This document shows positions 47,603-59,133 of a stretch of 64,000 nucleotides of DNA, piece after piece. Where the stretch lies: the NCBI GenBank assembly GCA_964270895.1, contig OZ185447.1, one strand, 5' to 3'. The number at the start of each line of letters is the position of its first letter. Positions within the stretch are counted from its first letter, which is position 1. Position numbers and translations under genes: made by a program. Origin of the DNA: Podarcis filfolensis (lineage: Eukaryota). Below the pieces are notes generated by a model, which searched no databases, was not told the origin of the DNA, and saw only the letters and a program-made list of their open reading frames with translations.

Positions 47603-48669
47603 ATACCCCACTGCAGTCTGTGTCTATTTTAAAAACAGAGCAGATATGTCAAAGGAAAGGAGAAATGCCATTTATTTCCCCTATGAATCGCATATCAGCT
47701 TGAACAGACGAATACAGCTTCCACAGACTGGAAGGAATAGTCTTCAGGATGAAAAAATTCAGAGATTCACCCCAATTGGTTTTTTAAAGAAGTCTTTTAA
47801 ATATATATTTTTCCATTCTGCTCAGACTTAATTTGAGAAAGGCTCAACCCCTGGTTTTTAATGCCAGGACTCGGCTCTGAAAAAATAAGAATGAACCGAG
47901 GTGCGTCTGAGCCCGTACAGAGAGCTCACACCACCAAGGAGTATGTGCACAAAGCTCTGAGGTCAGAGGGAAAATCTTCTAGGCAGGTTGAGCCCAGCCC
48001 CATTTTTCCTCCTAGAAGTCGCCGCAACCTGGAATCTTAGTTCTTGTTTTTATCACGACAGGGAAGTCGTGGGGAAGTAGGGTTTGCAGAGCAGTGTTAC
48101 CTGATGGGCTGGCAAAGAACAAAAGGCAACCTGTCAATGAAACAGCATGTCAGGACTGCTTCGCTGAAACAGTTGACATTTCAATTTCACCCATGGCACA
48201 TGACAAAGAAGGCTTCTGAAAATTCTGCTTCGAGAAGCATCGTCCATGCTGTTTTTGGAAGTCCACTTAGCAAAAGCACATTAGACCAACAGATCTAACA
48301 CCATAGAGCTAATCAGGGCAGGGTAATAAAAACAAATGTTTAAAAATGAATCGACCAGGACAAGCCACAAACAAAATCTCCCCAGAGAAGCATGAAAAGA
48401 CTTGGGAAGGCAGCGCGAGGAACTCGAGCGCAAGTTTCAGGAGAGGCAAGATGTATATCCTGATATATCCAGGAGAAAGGCAGACAGTCAGTTTAGGACA
48501 CCATGGCAGCAGAACCCACACGTGGATGCTGGGGAAGTAGGAGGGCAGAACCAGGAAGTGCAAATTGCTGCCACTTCTCAGAACACAGCACACTCCTGCT
48601 GGAAACGAGCCAATGGATGTCTTCCATCGAGACCAGTGGTGTTCTCCAAGCTGTGTTCCACCGGCCCCT

Positions 48670-48730
48670 TCAGTCTATTTTAATGATGGAGTTGGCCTTC
48701 AAAAGATAGAGGCTGTCGTCAACGAGGAAA
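48670..48730 (-). CDS. PGAP3: PGAP3 exon 8 (last)
   Basis: (S)FLVDDSLYLLKANSIIKID*; 61 nt. Confidence 0.95.
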
Positions 48731-49614
48731 CTGCAAGGAGAGGAAAGAGGAAGTTGCTGAATTGACTGGCGAGTGAAGGGATGGATTGAGCTACCCAATA
48801 TGCCTAGAACTAGAATGTGCCCATCTTGTCTTCCTGGTGATGTATGAAAACCTTGAAATGCAAGTCTCCTGAAATAGCAGCTACGTGAACCGCAAGGAAG
48901 GTGCAGCACCCATATTGCCCTCCCTCGAATCTAAGGTCCACGCCTGAGGTCCTGCTTGCATACCCCAACGGTGGAATTGATTAGAGCTGGTGAGCACATG
49001 AAACAGGTCCTTCCTGGTGGTGGCCCTGCAGTTGTGGAACCCTCTTCCAGTCAACGTTCATTTGGCTCCTTCAGTTCGGGCATTCAAGGCGGCCTTTAAA
49101 GCTCACTTTTTCCCTACTGCCTTTCCTAAATATAATTTTGGTGATCTAATTCAGTATCTCCCATTTTTCTATTGGTTTGTTTTGGTCTGCCTAAGGTTCC
49201 TGTTGTTTTTGCTTCTCTGTACATTGCTATATGAGGGCTGGAATGAAGGAATACACTTTATGCTCCAGGAAAATGGCTCCTTGTAGCCTCGTTTCACGAA
49301 AGTATATTAAATACAGGACTGGCTACAGGCCACAGATTCCAACAAGTTCTAGCTTGTCAGATTGTGTGTGCTCTAGATCAGTGGTCCCCAGTTGGCAGTC
49401 CGCAGACCCCAAGCGGTCTGCATAACTCACCGGGGGGGGGGTCCATGGTATCATTCACATAACAAAAACTACCATAAAGATATTTAACTTTTCAGAAGTA
49501 AGGGGCCCATGGCTTTTGAAAAACAAGGGGATACTCAGTATTTCGGCATTAAAGACCCACTGCTGTAGATCATATGCCTCCTCCATGAGAGTTCTGGTTG
49601 CAACATGAGAACAG

Positions 49615-49850
49615 GCCTTTTCTGTGGTGGCTCCCCGTTTGTGGAATGCTCTGCCCAGGGAGGTTCGCCTGGCGCCTTCCTTATACACCTTTAAGCACCA
49701 GGTGAAAACATTCCTCTTCAACCAGGCCTATATTAAATGTGTTTGTGGGAGGTGGTAGTATTGATTTTTATTATGTTGTGTTTTTATCTTGTATTTTTGT
49801 GCTGTGAACTTGTGAAGTGCCTGACTTGGATGAAGGGCGGGATACAAAAA
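49615..49850 (+). mobile_element. L2-like LINE 3' fragment
   Basis: AFSVVAPRLWNALPREVRLAPSLYTFKHQVKTFLFNQA; related pieces at about 21460-21730 and 49010-49250. Confidence 0.75.
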
Positions 49851-50050
49851 TAGATCAGTGGGGTGTGTGTGTGTGTGTGTGTGTGTGACACTCAAGATGC
49901 TGCTGGACCACACAACTCCCATCATCCCTGAGCCTTCGCCATGCTGGCTGGGGGTGATGGGAGTTGGGAGTCCAAGTAGCACCCTGACAAGCAATCACAG
50001 AGCACCAATGGCAGAAGGCCCACCCACAAAGGCAAGCAAACTTGGCTGAC

Positions 50051-50255
50051 CTGTAGAAAAGGATATTGACGGGAATGGTGCTGATGTGCCAGATGGCATG
50101 GGCGTCGAAGACCCAGAGCAACGGCGGGAAGTCCAGGAGCTCCAGGAGGGCCAAGGCTTGCAGAAGAAGCACAACCGCCACACACTTCCAGACGTACGGC
50201 AGACGTTGCTGGTTCCTCATGCACCAACCCAGCCACCAGAGGAGGTTGAGGAGGC
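50051..50255 (-). CDS. PGAP3: PGAP3 exon 7
   Basis: 205 nt; [24 protein letters not shown]...[25 protein letters not shown]. Confidence 0.96.
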
Positions 50256-50361
50256 CTGCAAGGTATGGCAGAAAGAGGATGCCGCTTCATGCCTGGCAGT
50301 AGTCACAGTGCTGCAGGAACTTAGGTATGTTATGTACATGGCGATGCACCAGAGGCACTAG

Positions 50362-50417
50362 CAGCCCTTGCTCCAGACCCCTTGCTCCTCAGCCCTTGCA
50401 CCAGACCCCTTGCTCCT
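50362..50417 (+). repeat. 28-bp tandem duplication in PGAP3 intron 6
   Basis: CAGCCCTTGC(T/A)CCAGACCCCTTGCTCCT twice. Confidence 0.9.
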
Positions 50418-50949
50418 CAGCACCAAATCCCAAGGCATGCCAGGAATATCCCCTCCCCATGCATACATCCCCCAGAATCATCCACTGAGAAAGCATGGAG
50501 GAAACTAACTGCAAGTGGTGACTCTGCTTCTGAGCCCTGATGGGGCCATAAGTCAGAGGAGGAACCTCTGGGCAAATATGTAACAACACAAGCTTTTGCA
50601 CTGTTGTGGAAAATCATGGCTCCGGGGATCTACAGACCTGCTCTCTCTTTGCCTCTATAATGCTGAAAAACCGTAACATAGGTGCCCTTTTCTTGCTGGT
50701 TGGCCCTGCACCCAGTGAATCCACAGATCCCAGGGAACCTGCCCTGAGGGTCCTGGGCCGCTATCCTGGTGCTCTATACTACAAACGCCCTGGGAGTGCA
50801 GGGAAGGAATAAGGGAGATATGTACCAGCAATATAGATGCAGCCTCCAAGTTACGCTCACAGCTATTTTGGTGTGTGTGCTTTTAAAGGGTGTAGCTACA
50901 TGCTGCTCTTAGCAAGTTGCAAGTTGGCATCTGCCTGTCTCAAGAGACA

Positions 50950-51420
50950 ATGGAGTGCGCCTCCGGGGGTGAAGTCAAACTACTGCATTGGCGGCACTAA
51001 AGTGACCTCCCTGGGGCACAAGCCTGGGCAGTGTGTATGGAGGTTCTGGCTGCCCAGACGACAAGACCTTGACCTCGCTGATATGCTCCAAAGGAAAGCA
51101 GATTAATACACTTGGCACCAGCTTGGCTGCAGGAGGTGCCGAAAGGTGGCATACAAAGCGCCATCCAACAGTCTTAGGGATTCCAGGTCTGCGTAGGGTT
51201 TGCTCCTTAGCCTTTCTTCTCCCAAAGCTATCCCACTAGGCAGGAGAGGTTTGGGATCAGAGTTTTCCTCCTTCTAGATTGACTACCTTCCCATGAAGAT
51301 AAGCCCCATCTGACCTTCGCTTTCCTTGACTGCATGTGCATAAACCGCCTTCTCGACTGTTGGACCCATTATTGGCCTCATCCGCTCAATCCGCCAGAGC
51401 CTGTCTTTGCATGCAGGAGC
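50950..51420 (-). mobile_element. Probable RTE-clade LINE 5' region
   Basis: Minus strand GGAAAACTCTGATCCCAAACCTC...AAAGGCTAAGGAGCAAACCCTAC resembles recalled RTE 5' UTRs; boundaries approximate. Confidence 0.5.
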
Positions 51421-52077
51421 AAGTCCCTAACTCACCAAGGGATTCAGACCCATCGGCTACTCTCACCTGGTTTAGCTGGCCAGTCAAAGCTGTTTCTGGG
51501 GTGTGGCCACTGTTACATGCTGACAACTTCAAGGAGCCACAGGTGAAAACTGAGTGCAGGGGAGGAACCAAAGGTGGGCAAACCACCCCAGAAGGTGCAT
51601 GATATGTCTCTCCCCCCCCCAGAGGTGCTACCCTTCCCCTAACACCCCATACACCCCACTGCTCTGAGCATGGCTGGCATTATCTCCACAAAACAATCTT
51701 TTGCTCGGGTTAAGAAACAGAATGATGGGAAATGATCTCTCCCTTGCCTTTCTGTGGCCAGATGCAGAGAAGCACTTGTCAGAGATTCTCCAGCCGGAAA
51801 CAGCTAATCTCTCTTCCCAGGAATTTGCAGTCCTGTGAAGGGATGGGGCGGTGTTGCCTGACAGCTCTCAGCAACCTTAACAATTTGCAGTTCCCAGGAT
51901 TCATTGAAGGAGAAGCTACAACCATATAAAGTGCCATGATACTGATTGGTGCAGATGGGGCCTTAGAGAGGTTGGGGGCATTAGGGGAGAAGGCCACACA
52001 AAGGTTATCTGCTGGGCTACACCTCCACACCAACCAACACCTGCTGCAAGGGAAGAACACTGCTCCACCGTCCTCAC

Positions 52078-52214
52078 CTATTACCACGTTGGCAACCATA
52101 TTGTAACCATAGTCAAAGCGCACGAGCGTCAGATACGACACATGGCAGGCCAGGAAGAGGAGCAGGAAGATGCCTATGGCAGTGGCAAAGGCTGGACGTT
52201 TCAGACCCAGAGTC
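52078..52214 (-). CDS. PGAP3: PGAP3 exon 6
   Basis: 137 nt; [45 protein letters not shown](G). Confidence 0.96.
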
Positions 52215-53267
52215 CTGAAAGAAAAGGAAAAGAGAGAGACGGTGCTGAAGGAACTTGCAAGAGCTGTAGGAACTGGGTCACTTCTGGACTCGTTCCTCCG
52301 GGTCTAGGCCAGGGATGGGGAACCTGTGGCCCTCCAGATGTGAGCCAAGGGTCAAGGACAAAGGAGTCCAGTTGGAGCCCATCAACATCTAGAGGCCACA
52401 GGCTCCCCATCCCTGATCTATGGGCATGGCTGAGCTGCAAAGGCTGGTCCTGCCATTCAGAAACTTGAGCAGACAGAACACAAAGCATTTTCTTTTGCTC
52501 GAATGGCCACAGCTACATCTCCCAAAAGGCCCGGCCAGTTTCCACTAGCTCTCCTTACTTGCTGCTCTTTTGCTTTGTCCTTGGGTTGCTCCTCCTCTCT
52601 CTGCACATATCCTGTCCGCACACATTTCCTCTTGCGGTTTCGACCTGTCCTTTTGCAGATGCCCAGTTTTTGAATAAAAGCGAAATATGGGAGCTGTGAG
52701 TGGACAGGGGAGACTCCTCTCTGCTACTGCCACTCACCCGCTCACTTAAAAAGGGAAATGTGAGCTGCTCCCAACAGCTCTGGAGGCTGAACTGGGAGTG
52801 TGGGAGCTGCTTTAAAGCCTTTGCAAGTTTCTCTGCGGTCTCCCTCCTAAGCCTCCCAGGTCAGGGGCTTAAAGGGGGAGCCTGGGGATACTTGGCAAAG
52901 CCACGCAGGAGATTGCGACAGGTGGGCAAGGCTGACAAAGATCTAACCTGTGGAGCCCAAAGAAAGTTCCCCACCCCACCGTAACATTTCAACCAGTGAA
53001 GCTGAAAAGTGGGAGAGGCAGGACAGACAAAAAGTATAAGTTCGCAGGGCAAGTGGTGAAGCTTGTCACCGGAAGATGGTGACCAACAGAAGCCGCTTTG
53101 GAAGGGGATTAAGATACAGTTACAAGTAGGGGAGTGCTATTGGGCTTGTGCCAACCACATCAGCCTGCTTGGCCACTGTGGGATAACAGAACACTGAACT
53201 GGATGGGCCTTTGGTCTTTTCCAGCTGCAAGGCTCTCCTTATGTTCTTAAGGAGGAGAGAAACTCAC

Positions 53268-53329
53268 CGGACGCAACACAGGTAGACAGAGTGAAGGATG
53301 ACGGCTGATGCACAGAAATAATCCATTTT
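53268..53329 (-). CDS. PGAP3: PGAP3 exon 5
   Basis: 62 nt; [20 protein letters not shown](R). Confidence 0.96.
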
Positions 53330-53869
53330 CTGTGGGAAGAGAAATGTCGTTAGAAATCGGGGCTGGTTCTCATTCAGTGCTACACGTTCTCTTTAGAAAA
53401 TCCTCATGGTATTTGTGTTTATTCATGGCTTTTCTCCAGTGACAGGGATCTGCATTGAAAGTTTTCTCTTTCCCCTGGGATTATGGCCTGCAAATACTCA
53501 GAAGCCTACTAGTAGTGTTTTTAACACCTTGTGATAGCTGTCCTCTTATCCTACCTCAAAAACACCTTGACGTGATTATGATCCTGAGCACACATATCTG
53601 AAAGAAAGTCTCAGGCTAGAATCCTAACCTCACTTCCCTGGGATAAACCCCCACTGAATTCAACAAGATTTACTTTGGAGTAGACATAGTTAGGATTATG
53701 CTGTCATGCTGGCTGCACTATTTACCTGGGGTTCACATAACTTGCATTTTTCTACCATTTACCTTATCTATTTTTTAAAAACCCACTAGAGAGGTTTCTG
53801 CCATGCCTTCAAAATTCCCCCAGCACCCCATACCAACATTTTTCATGATACGAGAGCAAAATTGCTCAC

Positions 53870-53932
53870 CTCAGTTAGATTCGTTTCTCGAGTATGGAAA
53901 ACTGTAGACCAGAACCAGGCATTTAAAGAAAC
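53870..53932 (-). CDS. PGAP3: PGAP3 exon 4
   Basis: 63 nt; [21 protein letters not shown]. Confidence 0.96.
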
Positions 53933-55439
53933 CTGCAGGGGGAGTGAGGGAGCAGGGAAATAAATGGTTATCCTGAAAATACCACATTCTATGAAGTTAG
54001 GTTGTTAAAACCGGCTTCTACCACTGAAGGAATAAAAACAAGCCATTCTGGGATAACCAGGATAACTGCCATATGGTACTTAAACCAACAAACCCAGAAG
54101 CAAGTCCCACCCCCTCTTTAAAATTAGAGGAATCGTGCTGCTTTGTCTATTGGACTGCTGCAATAATACTGTATGTGAAACACTCAAAAAGTTCTAGAGA
54201 CATGCTATCTATTATTATCACCATCTATCAATTCTATCCCACCCTTTTCCTCAAATTGCTTCCGAATCAAAACACAATTTGTCCACAGAGTAGAAGAAAA
54301 AGGCTAGATAGAAACTGATATAAGAAAAAACTGCTCCTTTTCCCTTATGGGGTACTCAAGAGCCCATATAGAGTCCTTATGTAGGTTCTCTATTGGTAGG
54401 AGAAAATAACAGGCCAAACCAGAGAATATTGAGAGGCAAAGCAGCTAGTAAGCCTGATCTTTATTAAACTGTTGCACCAGGGTGCTCACCATGCAGGAGG
54501 GAGGAGGAACCCAGAACACTGATGTGCAAGCTCTTACATAGACTTTCGAAATTGCCTACCCTGTAGCTCAAGACCACCCCCAAAACATCATACATACATC
54601 ACAGAAAGAGCTGGTCCCCAGCAGACATCTGAGTGTGTTACTTCTCTCCTGTCTGCCAGTATACCTGATAATGCCTTATCTGATTGCCTTTTCTGGGTAA
54701 CCTGGCCATTCCTTTGAGATGGTAAATATTTAGTTCTTGAATCTCTTACGCATATCGATAGTGTGCTCAGCTTAACAGATACTTACCAGACTGTATTTAC
54801 AGGGAGGTGTAAGCCCCTACAGTCCAAAGACAAATGGAAAGCTTTTCCCATCTGAGGTCAATTTGGGAGAGTCAAAATGGCTTCAGGGTTGTTCTCTTGC
54901 ACTATTTCAGACAAGTGGTTTATATACTTATGTATGTGTTTGCTTTGTACATTTATGAACATTTATTTTGTGTGTGTGTGTGTATGAGAATGAGAGAGAC
55001 CTTAGAATTTCTATAACAGAAACTAACACTATAAGCGTTGTTCCAAAACATAACCCTTCTTTTAAAAAAGCACAGAGGAAAATACCACATAATTCAGCAA
55101 ACCTTTCTCCAAATACCCACAATGCCACTGGAAACACACTGCACTCTGCTGTGGCTCAAGTTTGTTCCTCATGGGAGATGCCCTCCTTACTTCCTTACTT
55201 CGCTCTGCATTTCCTGAGACAGCCTGGACTGAGGAGCAGGACATCGTGTGTTTCTGTGAGTCTTCTTGTAGGGAAACCTGTCATGTTTCCCCCACTTCCT
55301 TCCCACAAGATCTCAAGCAACCAGAAGCCTTCCTTGTCTTTTCTATTCTCCATGTTTCCCACCTCTTTGAAGAAGATGAGAAGGAAGCTAAGGCACCCAT
55401 CTTGCCGTGGTGAGGTATTAACCGCCCAGAATGACTTAC

Positions 55440-55592
55440 CCAAGCAAAGGCAATGCAGGTATGGTACATGGGAGAAGAGCGGGGGACAGCAGCTTTATAT
55501 CTGTTCAGCATCACTAAATTGGCAAGTCCGTTCAGGAACGAAGCAAAGGCAGAAGCAGGCTCCTGAAAAAACAGGAAGCGGGAAAAGGGCCA
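55440..55592 (-). CDS. PGAP3: PGAP3 exon 3
   Basis: 153 nt; [51 protein letters not shown]. Confidence 0.96.
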
Positions 55593-55799
55593 CTGAGGGT
55601 CGGGTGGGAAAACAAGGGAGGGAGAAGAAGAAGGAAAATATGTCATCAGCCAGAAATGAGAAGGTATACATGCTCTTTGAGGCAATGGTAGGGAACTGGA
55701 TTTGGCCAGTGGGCCAGATCCTGGGCTCCCCACCACCACCACCCTTGGAGGGCTACTTCCACAGGTCAATCACTTAACATCACAATGATGTCAGATGAC

Positions 55800-56370
55800 C
55801 CATTTTTGCAGAAACCTCCACTACAAAGCAAAATTCCAGCCCAGGAGGGTTCGAAGTTACTACCAACTAGCTGGTAAGTTTCAAGCTCTTTTTTTAATCG
55901 AGGGAGCTCTTTTGAAGCCATCCAAACTGGCAGCCATCACTACTTTCTGTGGGAGTGAGTTGGACAGTTTAACTATGCGTTATGTGGAGAAGTACTTTCT
56001 TTTATCCGTCCTGAATCTTGCTACTGTGGTGGAGTGTGTCTCTAAGCCACACGCGGTGCATGGGTGCGCGTGTCCATTGACACACCAGGCCCAAGCGGCA
56101 TGGCTGCTGCACCTTCCTCACGCCACTGTCCCCAGATCCGAGCCCTGCAAGGCGACTCGGGGAGGATAGTGTGGAGATGCGACAGCCATGCACCCCGATC
56201 AAAGGGCGCACAGTTGCTGTGTTTGATTGCCCTTTTCTGAAACTTTTCCAACTCTGCAATATCCTTTTTGAGGTAAGATGACCAGAACGGTACACAGTAT
56301 TCCAAACATAGTTGTGCCATAGGTTTGTATAACAGCATTATGATAGCAGCTTCATTTTCAATTCCTATCC
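55800..56370 (-). mobile_element. CR1 LINE 3' fragment interrupted by an unrelated insert
   Basis: LEYCVPFWSSYLKKDIAELEKFQKRAIK, then about 175 bp of foreign sequence, then RFRTDKRKYF and the CR1 3' end. Confidence 0.85.
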
Positions 56371-56424
56371 CATTGATCCTGAACATGGAACGTATCACAG
56401 CTGCTGCACACGAACGTTGCTTAC

Positions 56425-56522
56425 CTTTCCATGAAACTGAGGCACTTTGTATCCTTCCTGGACGTAAAGGCCCACCGTCAACCACATACATTCATATTTA
56501 CATTCATCTCTGCAGGTCCATC
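56425..56522 (-). CDS. PGAP3: PGAP3 exon 2
   Basis: 98 nt; (G)[32 protein letters not shown]. Confidence 0.96.
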
Positions 56523-56813
56523 CTAGAATACGGTTGGGGGAGGACAAATTTAAATTAGTGCAAATGAATTTATTTGCCTAATGCCTGAATGCAATGGAAC
56601 TCCGTGAAATAATTTTAAAATACCAGGGTGGGAACGGGGGTGGGAGGGTACTCAGATTTGCCAAGTTTGTTTTATTTTAAGGGAGCATGATGTATGACTG
56701 GCAAGCCACTTGTTGCCAGGATGAATTCTTACAGTTAACTTGTTTGTTTTAAATGAAGCATATATTGCATGTTTTCTGCTTGGAATCAGGAAACATGCAA
56801 ATGCAACTATATA

Positions 56814-56996
56814 CAGTTGTACCTCAGGTTACAAACACCTCGGGTTACAAACACTTCGGGTTACAGACTCTGCTAACCTGGAAGTAGTACCTCGGGTTAA
56901 GAACTTTACCTCAGGATGAGAACAGAAATTGCGTGGTGGTGGCAGCGGAAGGCCCCATTAGCTAAAGTGGTACCTCAGGTTAAGAGCGGTTTCAGT
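56814..56996. mobile_element. Truncated Tc1/mariner-type MITE
   Basis: Left TIR and body match the copy at 17923; right TIR absent. Confidence 0.8.
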
Positions 56997-57385
56997 ATCT
57001 CCAGGCTTTGTTTTGCACGTGGCACCTTAGTATGTTTGTTGTTTGAATGGCTACAAGTCTATCTCTATTCTAGCTATTATTCTAGTAAATTTGGTTTTAT
57101 ACTTATAAGGCAGTTTGTGGTGTTGTTGTTTTGTTGGACTCCAACTGCCATCAGACCCAGCCAGCATCCTAGGTGGTGGAAATGGTAATCCACGATCTGG
57201 AGGACCACAGGTTCCAACTCCCTTGCCATGTGGACTTCTCAAAATTAAATGTATGTTTGAAACCTGGGCCTGCCAGTTCTGCCATACATATATAACTACT
57301 GAATAGGAGATGTAATGGGTAAGAGGGGTTAAGGTTTCCTGAGTGAGAGAGGCAGAGTGAGGGATATTAAGGTTGCAATAATATA

Positions 57386-57631
57386 CAATGGTACCTCTGG
57401 ATGTGAACGGGATCCATTCCGGAGCCCCGTTTGCATCCTGAGCAAAACGTAACCCGCTTCTGCGTGTGCACGGGTTGCGATTCGCCACTTCTGCGCATGC
57501 GCATGACGTCATTTTGAGCGTCTGTGCATGCGGCGAAACCCGGAAGTAACGCGTTCCGTTACTTCCGGGTCACCACAGAGCGCAACCCGAAAACGCTCAA
57601 CCTGAAGCAACTTCAACCCGAGGTATGACTG
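57386..57631. mobile_element. CpG-rich Tc1/mariner-type MITE
   Basis: TA|CAATGGTACCTC...GAGGTATGACTG|TA. Confidence 0.8.
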
Positions 57632-58599
57632 TACAATTATTTTATTTTGTATCCCATTTTCCCTCGAAGAGGCTCAAAGTGGCACCCTTTTTATTTTCAC
57701 AACAACCCTTTGTGGTAGGTTACGCTGAGATATAACTACTAGCCAAAGGCCAGCCAGTGGCCTTCAAGGCTGAGCAGAGATTATCCAACGCTCTTAACCA
57801 CAACATCACATCGCCTGCTTTAATTGGGGAGTATATATAACTGAACTCAGAAGGCTTCCTTCTGAATAAATGTACGTAAGATCTAACTGCATGTAAACGA
57901 TGGTACATGTTATGTCACCCACAAGCAACCTAGTTAATTAAAGAATTGTGGCTTCTTGCCACTTACTTGCTATAACCTCCAAGAAACCTGGAGGGCAGAT
58001 GAGGTGTTGAACCACATACCTAGCTGTGAATGCTACAACAAGCCACTCAATGGGCTCACTTTCAACAACGCCATAAGAAACCTGGGAGAAATGAATCAAT
58101 GGGGGGCGAGGGAATCTCACTCGAAGAGAGATACTTTGAAAACGTTAGAAAATAGTTGTCTTTACCTAATGGGTAAGGAATGGCTACTCTCGCTAATTCA
58201 GGATGAGATATGAACAGCCTAAATAAGTAAAACAACAATAATAAACAAGAGACAGCTTGCAAGTCCTGAAGCAGGGAGATAGACACAGCAGCTGCCCCAC
58301 CAGCCCTTTTGGGGGTAGCAGAGTCCTGCTTGCAAACAACGATGCGGCAGTGCAACAGCTGTATGTGCAGCCTCGCTGCTCTGGAGCCCCAGGCTGCAAC
58401 CCTATGTGCATTTCCCTGCAAATTGACCTCAGTGAGTCTTACTTCTGAGTAGGACTGCACTGTTAAGGGGAGAGGGAGCAACATCAGCTCAGCACTACAT
58501 CCAAGAACCATTGCCAATTTAATTGGAAAATGCACTCTGCACATGTTCAGACGCTACTGAACCTCCTCTCACCGAGGGCAGAGGGAAAGAGCGTCAGGA

Positions 58600-59110
58600 A
58601 TTGGTCGAAAGAGCGGGTAGGCGGTGCCACCAAGCCGTCCTATGGGAAAACACGGGGCGGGGCACCGTCATTCGTGGGCGGGGCTATGCAAATGAGGAGC
58701 ACGTCGCGGATACCGCCCCCCTCGCGCCTCGTCCTTGGCGGTGGGCGTGGCGCTTCTTCGGCCGGGGGCTTTGCAGTACCTGTGAGGCTCATGTAGAGAG
58801 GCTGGTGGGAGCGGAAGTGCCGCAGCCCGGGCCCGGAGCAGTTGCGCCTCTCGCAATGCGTCAGGCATTCTCGGTAGACGGGCTCCCGGTCCCCCCGCGA
58901 GGCCTGGGCGGGGGCCGGGCCGGCGCCCGCCACCCCGAGCAGCAGTAGGAGCGCGGTTCGAGCCGCCATCCCGTCTGCCGGGAGGCTGCAAGCTCCACTT
59001 CTGGTTTGGGGACCGGAAATGGTCCTTTGCTTTAAGCCGCTGGGGGGAAAGCCATAGAGTTGGGGGAAACACGAGCCGCACGCGCAAAGGTTCCGCCTTG
59101 GCGGCAAGGG
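58600..59110. promoter_or_regulatory. CpG island / PGAP3 promoter
   Basis: Dense CpG around exon 1; GC boxes at 58654 and 58676; octamer at 58686. Confidence 0.85.
58780..58969 (-). CDS. PGAP3: Post-GPI attachment to proteins factor 3, exon 1
   Basis: 190 nt; signal peptide [23 protein letters not shown] then [40 protein letters not shown](G); total 322 aa. Confidence 0.96.
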
Positions 59111-59121
59111 CAGGGGATTGT

Positions 59122-59133
59122 GGGAAATGTAGT
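59122..59133 (-). promoter_or_regulatory. ZNF143/THAP11-type ACTACAnnTCCC motif
   Basis: ACTACATTTCCC on the minus strand about 155 bp upstream of the PGAP3 ATG. Confidence 0.6.

Noticed and set aside
54968-55777. 269-aa plus-strand ORF, the longest in the track
   Set aside because: Starts in a GT repeat, crosses the antisense of PGAP3 exon 3 and has no recognisable homology.
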